NCBI RefSeq assembly: GCF_000372725.1
Contig: NW_005201338.1
Coordinates: forward strand, 290,041-354,040
Source: Emiliania huxleyi CCMP1516
Taxonomy: Eukaryota
Length of the DNA: 64,000 nt
Reading direction: 5' to 3'
Shown: positions 1-9,231 of the stretch, in pieces
How positions within the stretch are numbered: the first letter of the stretch is position 1
Layout: every line of letters begins with the position of its first letter
Program-made: the position numbers and the translations under genes
The notes under the pieces: generated by a model
Told to the model about the DNA's origin: nothing
The model's input: only the letters and a program-made list of their open reading frames with translations
Database searches by the model: none

Positions 1-171
1 GGCACGGACGCTAACTTCGCTGTTGCCATCGGCGAGCCTAAAGTAGCAACCCCCGTGGATTTGGACGCGGTCTGGCGTGGCGATCCGAAGAGTGGCACCA
101 CCTTCCTCAAGCTGCTCCCTCCCGACGAGGCCGTAAACAAGATGAGAGACAACCACCTCAAAATCAGGTGA
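1..171 (+). CDS. 3' end of an unidentified ORF entering from the window edge
   Basis: Frame 1 is open from base 1 (GTDANFAVAIGEPK...NHLKIR) to TGA at 169-171; no family recognised. Confidence 0.3.
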   Translation, partial: GTDANFAVAIGEPKVATPVDLDAVWRGDPKSGTTFLKLLPPDEAVNKMRDNHLKIR

Positions 172-675
172 AGAGCTCTCGGAGCGCTCGAAGGGTCTTT
201 GGCCCGCCATGTCGCGTTTGTTTTCTCTCCGCTCAAGGGGCTGAGCCTGAGGCCTGAGCCACCGCCGTCCCCTGGCGCGACCCCTCCCCCGGCGGGCTAT
301 GAAGTGGGGAGGGGGAGCGTGGACTGCATGTTGGTGTTCTTATTTAGTATCATTGTGTAGTAAAAACCAGCGGAGCTCCCGCAGCTCATATACTGGCCAG
401 AGAGGCACCAGAGCGCCTAGCAGGAGCCGAGCGCCCCACCAGGCTGGCACCACGCTCCGCGGACCCCGCGCGCCGTCCGCCGACTCGGACCACACTCCAC
501 AGCGCACAGGCCACAGGCGGGGAGACTTCTTCAAGTGTCAAGTCGATCCCTCTCTCGTGTGACTCTCTCACGAAGACATACGGCTTACGGGGGAGGCGGA
601 GATGGGAGAACGACAGAGACGTTTTGTTGCATGTGCATGTACATGTGCATGTGTGTGCGAAGTCGTATTTTGTAT

Positions 676-835
676 TTACTCGCCGCCCGCGGCCTCGCTG
701 CGAAATGCATGCAACATCTGCGAGTAGGCGCCGCTTGCCGACGGTCGGGACCGACGCCGTGCGGATCCACCGCGCGCCTCTCTGTCGCTGCGACCACCTC
801 TCGCCGCCCCCCCGCTGTACCCTCCCCCCGAAGCT

Positions 836-868
<33 letters not shown>

Positions 869-1713
869 TCGCCGTGCGAGGGCCGGATCGCTTCGGCAAA
901 GAGGTTGATTGCGGCGCAGCAGTCGTCGAGCTGCTCGCCGTGGGCCTGCGTCGCCTGCTGCACGGGGAGCAGCTGCGCGGCCAGCTCCCGGATGAGCGAG
1001 CGCAGCTCCGTTCGCGACGCCTCGTGCGCCTCGCTCAGTGCCGTCAGCATGAGCTCGTGCCGCTTCGCCGCCCGCTTCAGCTTCTCGTTGCCGCGCAGGA
1101 AGGCGTCGCCGGTGCCAAAGGCGGCGACGCGCGCGGCGAGGCTGTCGAGCTTGAGGGCGAGCTCGTCCACCGCCGACCGCAGGCTGCTTGCCACCTGCTG
1201 CGCCGCCGCCTGCTCCGAGGCGCCGCTGGCGTTGAGCGCGGCATGCCTCTGCGCAAGACCGGCGAGCTCCGCGCGCACGTCGCTGAGCAGCCTCGAGTGC
1301 TCGGCGACGCCCTTCTCCAGCCGCGCCGACGCGTTGGAGAGGCAGCTCTGCTCCGATCGCACGATCGCGAGGTCGCGCCCGGTGCCATCTCGCTGCAGCT
1401 CACCACGCACCGCCTCGAGACCGCTCTCGCACGCCGCCGCGCGCGAACGCAGGGCGACCACCTCGCACGCCACGGCCTGAACCTCGCCAGACAGGGCGCT
1501 CTGCCGGCTCGACGCCGCCGCCGCGTTGTCATCGACGCGCTCGCCGAGCAGCTTGACCTCACCACTCAGCGCGACCACCGCCGTTCGAAGCTCCTCGTTC
1601 TCCGTACGGCTCTCGTAGAGCGCTTGCCAAAGAGCCTCGCTGTCCGCCTCCCACTTCCTGGCCTGCCGCTCGAGGGCGCGCCTGCCGTCGTCCCGCTGGG
1701 CCTTTTGATACAT
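676..1713 (-). CDS. Hypothetical coiled-coil protein
   Basis: 345-aa ATG ORF, heptad-like A/E/L/R-rich sequence, poly-Ala from a (GCG)n tract. Confidence 0.65.
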
Positions 1714-1871
1714 GTGTGTCGGGTGGCTCCGCTGTCTCTCGCCAACGCCAGTTGGGGCGAGGGAGAATTCTACGACGACAAGCCCCTCTCACAGCAGACT
1801 GGCACGAACTAGCACCACAAAAGGCACAGCGAGGGAGAATAGAGAATTTTACAACCGAACTCCGTCGCACA

Positions 1872-1940
1872 ACACTGGGCACGGGACTGGCGAGCACTGG
1901 CACTAACACAGGTACACCGAGAATAGAGAATTTTACAACC
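1872..1940 (+). repeat. Dispersed repeat family A (GGGCACGGGACTGGCG[C/A]GCACTGGCACTAACACAGG)
   Basis: Near-identical copies at 5973-6012(-), 23727-23795(+) and 62835-62950(-); variants at 52552-52602 and 62968-63035. Confidence 0.85.
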
Positions 1941-1950
1941 GTGGCACGAA

Positions 1951-2460
1951 GTGACATGGAGACACGTCAAGGGGCACAGTGGTCATAAGTGGAACGACTA
2001 CGTCGATAAACAAGCCGACCTCGGCAGGAGCGGCGCGAGGGATTGCGGCGCGCCGGAGTGGCAGGACGAGTCTGTCCCAACAGACGCAGACGACGGGGAG
2101 AGCAGCACCGTGGGCGACGACATGCCTATCAACGGAGGAGCAACAACCATCCCACTCGACGACATCGGTGATGGGGCCTCTAGCTACGCCGATGACCCAC
2201 CCGACTCCCCCGAAAACGAACCGCCGCCTAGCGCCCCGCCCTCGCCGCCAAAAGCCCCAATCGTGGAGCAGGGGATGATATGGATTTCATACACGCCGAG
2301 CGCGCAGGCGCGACACATCGGAGACAACAAGGGGATCCGGCGTGAAAGAGCTATCGACGTTGACGTCGACCCAGCCGATTCCACCGATGTCGACGTCATC
2401 ACCTCCGCGGCCACCGCGCTTTCGCTCGACGACACCGTGGAGAATGTATCGCACCGAGGA
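1951..2460 (+). mobile_element. RNase H C-terminal fragment, probably a non-LTR retrotransposon remnant
   Basis: TWRHVKGHSGHKWNDYVDKQADLG matches the RNase H1 W.HVKGHSG...N..AD..A motif; N-terminal catalytic part absent; right boundary approximate. Confidence 0.65.
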
Positions 2461-2937
2461 CCTTGCCGAGGCGATGCATGGGCCGGATCACTTTGGACCC
2501 CGACCCCGCCCCCACCCCTCGGGGTGGGGGCACCCGCCCCTGTCGGGCACCGCTTGCGGCGCCTGGCAGGGGCACCCCCTGGGTGGGGGCCGGCGATTCC
2601 CATGCCGGCTCTCCGCCACAACCCCCGCCGGGAGGGAATCCCTGCTCACAGAAAAGGGCTCCGAGCCCTGTCTCGCGCACGCCCCTGGCGGGCGCCGCGG
2701 ACCAGTTCCGCGAGCGCTCGTCAGCGGGTGGTGTGCGGTTTTTGCCGTAGTTCCTCTTCGGTCGCCTAGCCCCGGCGCCGTCTGTCGGACGCCTGCGTGT
2801 CACGAGTGCGTGTCACGAGTCTCTCTCGAGTGCGAGCCGCTCGCGGCTCGTACGCCCGCTTGCGGGTTCGAGTGGCGGGCCATAAAATTCGTGCCGGCGA
2901 CGCGTGCACTCTTTGCTCTTTTGTGTGCGACACCAAG

Positions 2938-3993
2938 ATGGCGTGCCCAGACTGCGGCTCCTCGGACCTTGTCGAGGAGGAAGGGATGGCGATATGTAGC
3001 TCCTGCGGATCGGTGCTCGATGCGAACGCTCTCCTTTATCCACACGAGTTCAACCCAGCGTCCACGAATTATCGACGTCCACAGCAGCTGAGATCTGGCC
3101 CGAACGTGGCGCGGGAAGAAGCACGCAAGGAGCAGCGTGCACAACGGGAGGCAGCGCGCGAGGAGGAGCGCGCCCACAAGGAGGCGGCGCGGAACAAAGC
3201 GCGAGAGGAGGAGCGCGCCCACAAGGAGGCAGCACGGAACAAAGCGCGAGAGGAGGAGCGCGCCCACAAGGAGGCAGCACGGAACAAAGCGCGAGAGGAG
3301 GAGCGCGCCCACAAGGAGGCAGCACGGAACAAAGCGCGAGAGGAGGAACGTGCACAGAAGGAGGCAGCCAAAGCAGAGGAGGTGGCGCAGAAACGCGCCC
3401 GCGAACGCGACGCGGAGCTTGAGGCAGAGGCAGCGCTCGCCGTCAGGTGGAGGGAACTCGCAGCATGGCAGCAGCAGAAGGCGCGGGCGAAGGCCTCGCA
3501 AGCGCCCTCGCAAGCGAGCGTGCAAGCGGCCGCTGCCAGAGCAGCCGAAGCCGCAGCGCAGGAGCGGGAGGCTGCCAAGAGGGCAGCCCGAGAGGAGGCA
3601 GAGTTGTGGCAGTCCCGCCTGAAGGAGCAGCAGCAGGCGCAGCTCAAGGAGGCCGGCCTCCGACAGCAAGCTCTCTTGCGCGAGGCGCGGCTGCGGCAGG
3701 CTGCGCGGCAAGTGGCGACCGGTGCGCCAAGCGCGTATGGCAGCTTTGACGACGCATACAAATCCGTCGACGACCTCTCCACTGACGAGCTCGTGAGACA
3801 TGTGCTCGCGCAGGCGGAGTGCCCGTGGAAGTGCTTGTTTCTTGCCCCGCACGCGCCGCCTGATGAGGTTCGCAAGAGATACAAGCAGCTCGTGTTGCGC
3901 CTTCATCCTGACAAGACGGATCAGGTGCAGGCGGCGCAGGCTTTCGCAGCCGTTGAGTCTGCTTACCAACGGCAACGCATGATTCGGCAATGA
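2938..3993 (+). CDS. TFIIB-type zinc ribbon + charged 15-aa repeats + C-terminal J-domain protein
   Basis: ATG 2938 MACPDCGS...EEGMAICSSCGSVL (CxxC...CxxC); REEERAHKEAARNKA repeats; KRYKQLVLRLHPDK...AFAAVESAY (HPD). Confidence 0.8.
   Translation: MACPDCGSSDLVEEEGMAICSSCGSVLDANALLYPHEFNPASTNYRRPQQLRSGPNVAREEARKEQRAQREAAREEERAHKEAARNKAREEERAHKEAARNKAREEERAHKEAARNKAREEERAHKEAARNKAREEERAQKEAAKAEEVAQKRARERDAELEAEAALAVRWRELAAWQQQKARAKASQAPSQASVQAAAARAAEAAAQEREAAKRAAREEAELWQSRLKEQQQAQLKEAGLRQQALLREARLRQAARQVATGAPSAYGSFDDAYKSVDDLSTDELVRHVLAQAECPWKCLFLAPHAPPDEVRKRYKQLVLRLHPDKTDQVQAAQAFAAVESAYQRQRMIRQ
3155..3370 (+). repeat. 45-bp coding tandem repeat, ~4.5 copies
   Basis: gcgagaggaggagcgcgcccacaaggaggcagcacggaacaaagc repeated in tandem. 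Confidence 0.9.
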
Positions 3994-4302
3994 TATGTGT
4001 AGACGGGCTGGGTGCTGCGCTCTCGTCACTCTGGCCACCTCGCTCTCAGCCTCTCACCGCACACACGCGGCACCGGCGCTTGGCCTTGCCTGGAGTGTTT
4101 TGTTGTCAATACGTGAACTCCAAAAGTACCGCACCCACGATACGGCACGATTCGAATATGAGGAGGGCAGATCCGCCCGCCTCGCACTCCGGAGGAGGGA
4201 CGTCGGCAGTCGCCCGTTTGCGTGCCGTCTGCGGCACGCGGCCGTGCTCCCGACCGCTGGCTCGCCACCCGGAGCGAGGCGGCCCCGGCGCACACCCCGC
4301 GG

Positions 4303-5586
4303 TCAGCTGACGGGCGGCGGCGCGCGGAGGCTGGTGCCGGAAGGGTGCTCCGGCGGCGCCGTCAGCGGCGAGGCGGTCTCGAGGAAGGGGCGCGGCGGGA
4401 GGGTGGCGGCCTCGACGGTCTTGTAGCTGAGGGGGGTGTTCGGGTCGTGGTCGTCGATCTCGCGCACCTGGTAGTCGACGTGCACAAAGCAGCGGTCCAC
4501 CTGCTCCAGCCGCTCGATCTTGTGCTGGAGCATGATTCCCACGTCGTGCGACACGCGCAGCGGCGTCTCGGGCAGCATCACGATCTCAATCTCGACGAGG
4601 AAGCGCGGCCCAAAGTGGTACGCGCGCACGAGGTCGAGGCTGGCGGCGGGGTCGTGCGTCTCGGCCATCTCGCGCACCTGGTCGAGGAACTCCGGGTCGG
4701 CGGAGCGGCCGACGAGGAACTCGAGTTGCTCCATGCCGGTGCAGAGCCACGAGTGGATAATGTACACAGAGATGGCGACGGCGCCGACGGGGTCGGCGAG
4801 CCAGAGGGAGGGGGAGAGCTGCGTGAGCACCGCGGCGGCGAGGGCGCCCAGGTTGGAGAGGACGTCGTTCAGGTGGTCCTGCGCCACCGCCTCCACCGTC
4901 ACGTTGTTGGTCTCTGCAAACTTTGAGCGGCACCAGAGGTAGAGCACAAACTTGAGCGCGATCGTGCTCGCGAGCAGCCCGAGGTCGTAGTAGGTCATGT
5001 CGACCGGGCGCACGTCGCCGTGCTGCCAGTAGCCGTACAGCGACACCAGCGCGTCGCGGATCACCTGCGCGCTCGCCATCGCCATCAGCAGCGCGCACGC
5101 GATGACGCCGACCGGCTCTGCGCGCGAGCGGCCGGCCGGGTAGAGGACCTTGGTGGCGCCTTGCTGGTCGGTCGCCAGACGGTTGGTGACGAGCAGGATG
5201 GCCTGCGCGAGCAGGTCGACAGTCGAGTCGACCAGCGCCGCGAGGACGACCATCGCGCCCGACGAGAGGTACACCCACAGCTTGGAGCCAAACAGCAGCA
5301 CGTTGACGACGAGCGACACCATGTGCACCCGGCGCGAGAGGGCGTCGCGCAGCTCGCCTCTCCGGAAGGTGGTGAGGCTCGCCTTGGAGTAGCGAGAGAG
5401 CACCGACCGAGACACGCCCGACCGGATCGACGCCGTGTCCTCGGCCGGTCGGTGCACCTCGATGGTGGCGTGCTGCTGGTGCGGGTGCTGCTGGTTGCTG
5501 CTGTGCAGCGGCAGCGACAGGGAAGCGCCGTCGGGCATGAGCGGTGCCGTGAGCGACTCGAGTCTCCGCGGCGGCGAGCGGGACAT
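4303..5586 (-). CDS. Cation diffusion facilitator, Mn-CDF (MTP8/MTP11-like)
   Basis: Multiple TM helices with DSTVD and DHLND (DxxxD) metal motifs, YPAGRSRAEPVG, and a C-terminal VRAYHFG...VEIEIV...HDVG...CFVHVDY domain. Confidence 0.9.
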   Translation of the reverse strand: MSRSPPRRLESLTAPLMPDGASLSLPLHSSNQQHPHQQHATIEVHRPAEDTASIRSGVSRSVLSRYSKASLTTFRRGELRDALSRRVHMVSLVVNVLLFGSKLWVYLSSGAMVVLAALVDSTVDLLAQAILLVTNRLATDQQGATKVLYPAGRSRAEPVGVIACALLMAMASAQVIRDALVSLYGYWQHGDVRPVDMTYYDLGLLASTIALKFVLYLWCRSKFAETNNVTVEAVAQDHLNDVLSNLGALAAAVLTQLSPSLWLADPVGAVAISVYIIHSWLCTGMEQLEFLVGRSADPEFLDQVREMAETHDPAASLDLVRAYHFGPRFLVEIEIVMLPETPLRVSHDVGIMLQHKIERLEQVDRCFVHVDYQVREIDDHDPNTPLSYKTVEAATLPPRPFLETASPLTAPPEHPSGTSLRAPPPVS

Positions 5587-5972
5587 TGCGCGGCTGCAAC
5601 ACCGAGCAAGGCAAGCAGAAGTGCACAAAAGAACTCTCGCGGTGTGCAGATAGGCTCGACACAGAGAATTTGCAAAAAACTGAACCCTGCTCGTTTGGGT
5701 TCGTCGGTCTTCTTTCTTTCTTACTCCCTCGCACAAAAGAACGTCCGACTATGCGACTAGCACACCTCAAGATTCCCAAGAAACCCGAGGACTCACACAG
5801 TCCCTGTGTGATGCACGCACGCCCTGCGAGCGGGGCGGGGTGCGCGCTGTGCCTCTCTCTGTGTTCGTGCGTCGCCCATCTCTCCTGGAGATGCCTGCTC
5901 TAATTATTTATCTATAAAAGACTTTTACGAGTACGCTCTCTGGTCGCAGGAGTCGCTAGGCGCGGCTCCCGT

Positions 5973-6150
5973 GGTGTACCTGTGTTAGTGCCAGTGCGCG
6001 CCAGTCCCGTGCTAGTGTCAGAGGGAGTTTTACACTATAAGCGACTCCTGCGAGGACGGCGAGGCACTTAGCTCCGTGCACTGACCGCCCTCGCCGCAGG
6101 CTACAAGCTCATTCACAACCTGCTGGTGCCAAAAGAAATCTACGAGTCAC
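5973..6150. repeat. Family A copy (-) abutting a short LINE-like remnant
   Basis: Reverse family A copy; the following taagcgactcc...gcacttagctccgtgcac resembles 20610-20755 and 52605-52740. Confidence 0.6.
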
Positions 6151-6628
6151 GACACTAGGAGTCACAAAAGAAACCCGCGCCCCTGGTTTCTTTCTTCCGT
6201 GTGTGTGCTAGACCTAGAGTACCTCCCCAGCAGCGGTCCCCCGGAGGCTGTGCCTCCAGCTGGTTGTACAGGTCCGTGCTTTGGTTTCACAACGCGTTTG
6301 GTCCTCGCTATGGTACGGCTCACCAGATGCGACAGGAGGGCTAAAATCCGGAATATAGACTGCCAAGAGGGTGCTCTAGGCCGCGAAGACACCACACACG
6401 GTCTCCCTACTCATGCGCGGCTAGCAGGAGGGTGCCAAAAATGAGGCGCGTTGTGAAACCGCAGCTGGCCCCGCCGACGGGTAGCACAGGTCATGAGTGA
6501 GGCCACGCCAGCTGCCTCGGGTGCTCTGTGTGGTCGGCCTGGACCGTGCCGCAAGCCTCGAGCAGCGGAGAAGCGCTGTCCTTGAAGTCCAGACATGCTT
6601 CGCCGCCGTGGCGCAGCGCCGCAGTGGC

Positions 6629-6670
6629 CAGTGCGAGCGAGCACTGCAGCTGCAGTGCTCGCTCGCACTG
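6629..6670. repeat. Perfect 42-bp palindrome
   Basis: cagtgcgagcgagcactgcag|ctgcagtgctcgctcgcactg. Confidence 0.95.
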
Positions 6671-6779
6671 CGGCACCCATCGACTCCCTGCGCTCCGGGC
6701 ACATTGGCAAATGTGCCGGCGGCCTTGTGGACGGCTCGGGCACGAATTGCACGACGGCGCGGCGTCTCGAGGCGGCCGT

Positions 6780-9230
6780 GTTGTGAAAACGAAGCTGTTG
6801 CGAAACCGAAGCCCGGACCTGTAGAGCAGATCCATCAGCTGCGTCGCGTTCTCCACGATGAGCACCTCCGGGTACCGCCCTCGCCACTGCCCCCTCGCAA
6901 CGATCCGCGCGATCTGCTGCACTCTGGCTCGAGCAGTCTCCATCTCCAGCCAGATCGCCTGCCACCGCCAGATATCCGTCTCCCTCTGTCTCACCCGCCA
7001 CTTGCTCGCCGCTGCGCGCCGCACCTCCGCCGCACGGTGGTTAACGAGGTCGGCCTCCGCCTGGGCGCTCAGAGCTTCCGCCCCAGGCTCCTCCATCGGC
7101 CGGGCTGGCGTGTCACCGCTGGTCGCCCCTGCAACCGGCCGCCGGTTCCACATCAGCCAAGGCATCGCCGCGAGTCGGGCGCCCGCACTCGTCTGTGTCT
7201 CCGAGAGGAGCTGCAGCGGAGCCCACTCCCCCCCTCTCACTCGCGCCGCATCAACAAACTCCCGCCAGAAGGCCGGGCCGACCCCATCTGGACGGCCGGC
7301 AAAGACTTGCGCCCTATGGAAGAACATGTGCAGGCCACCCGATATCACCTCGAGCGTTGCGTCCGTCCACCTGCCGTGATCCTCTGCTCGGCCGCGCTGC
7401 TCTGCCTCCGCCCGAGCCCGCCCCAGGATATCGCCGTACGCCCGTCCCAAGCGCACCGCTGTCTCCTCGTCGTCGACGGCCGCCGCCGCCAACTTGATCT
7501 GGAGCCACCCGACCGCCACGAGACGCGGCGACAACAGCAGGAACGGCGAGAACGTCGCGGCCCTCCTCCTCCTGCACCATCCCCTCGGGTTGGAACGCCT
7601 CAGCCAACCGCCGTTCCCATGAGCGCGTCTCCGCGGAGTCTGCCGCCTGCCACAGGAGTGGGCACGTCTTGTCGCCAACCTCGGCGTCGACGGTAGCGCC
7701 GCCGTTAAAGTGGGTCAGGTGCGTCGTTGAAAGGCCGTTCCCGCGTAGTATGCCCGCCACGTCTCCGGCGCCAGGCACGCTGAAGTCGACGACGGTGGAG
7801 TCGGCCGAGATAGTGAGGACGAAGACCGCATCCTCGTTCACGTCAAGTGACACCGCCACGTCTCGCCGGAAGGCGGCGGCAAACGCGTCGCGCGAAGTGG
7901 CGGCGACCGACCTCGTGGGCGAGGCTCAATGTCACGGTCGCCTCGCTCGCCGGCGCCGGGATCTTTGGTGCAGCTTCTCGGTCGCAGGCCCTCTCCAGGT
8001 CGGCCATCAAGGCCCGGATCTGAGCGAAGATGGCCGCGTCGGTCCCGTCCGTGTATGTGCGGATCACAGTAGCCCCGGGACGGGGGCGGGGCGGGCCTCA
8101 CCCGGGACTCACCCCGAGACCCCACCCCGGGACGCGCCGGCTGCGGGTGAGGCCCCACCCCCGGGGCAGTGAGGGGCAGGGGCGGGGCGGAGCTCCTCAG
8201 AGTGAGGCGCCCCGGGTGCCCCCCCACCCCCGCCACCCCGCCCCCCGGGCACCCGACCCGCCCTCAGCTCTCAGCTCCCCACCACGCAAGGTGCAGCGGA
8301 CCGACCTGGTGGGCAAGCGGATGATGAAGACCTTTGGCGGCCATGGCACCTTCGTCGGAGATATCGTCTCTTACGACCCGGAGACGGGATGTTACCAGCA
8401 GGTCACCTATGAGGACGGCGACAAGGAGGGCCTCTCGCGAGCCTCTGTCCAGGCTGGCGTGCGGCGATTCCAGGCCCAGGCAAAGTGATGCGATCCGTCT
8501 CGCCGAGGCGCGCTTTTTTGCGTCCGCCTCGGTAGATGTTAGTAGTTAGAGACTTTGTGCGTTTGGAGCAGTGCGGACTGTCTGTGCAGAGTAGAGTGGG
8601 GTCTCACCCGTTTAGTTGATTTGTAGTATTGTTCTGTGTGAGCGGTGGTGCCGCACAGGCCGCTCTCCCTCGCCTCGGCGGTGTGCGGGTGGTGCCGCGG
8701 CGTGGCGCGGGCCGGGGGCGCGCGGTAGGCGTACGGGGCCGCGTGCGCGTGGCCCGCCCGTGGTGCCCCTGGCTGGGTCGGGCAGCGAGCACCCCCCCGG
8801 GACGGCGCATCGCGAGTGAGGCCCCGGGGTGGGGCAGGTGAGGGAGGGGGCGGGGACGGCCGGGCCCCGGTGAGCCCCGGGTGAGGCCCGACCCCCCCCC
8901 GTCCCGGGGCTACTGTGATAAGCACATGAGGCCGCAGTTCGCCTTCCACAGCCGATGCTCCACTAACGGCTCGAGAATGCCGTCATCTGTCGACGCCAGT
9001 TCCGGTAGGGCCCGTCGCCCCCACTCCAGCAGGTCGGCGATGGCGTCGCACATTAGCAGCCCGAGCGACGGCGCCATCCTCTCCGAGCTCACCGGGTTCG
9101 CGACGACTCCCGCCAACCAGGTCGCGTCCGCAACATTGGACCGGAGAACAAAGGTGAGCGCGAGGAGCTTTGCATCGAGCCGAGGGAGACGCTGTGTAGT
9201 CCTTTCCGTGCTCAACGAGCTGGTCGGTTG
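6780..9230 (-). pseudogene. Possible frameshifted, MITE-interrupted gene of unknown family
   Basis: Successive protein-like minus-strand ORF pieces in different frames (8910-9230, 7843-8067, 7314-7859, 6491-7678). Confidence 0.4.
8065..8917. mobile_element. Non-autonomous TIR element carrying a Tudor-like fragment
   Basis: ~48-bp imperfect TIRs CACAGTAGCCCCGGGACGGGGG.../...GTCCCGGGGCTACTGTG, AT on both flanks; internal DLVGKRMMKTFGGHGTFVGDIVSYD...VTYEDGDKE. Confidence 0.8.
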
Positions 9231-9231
9231 A

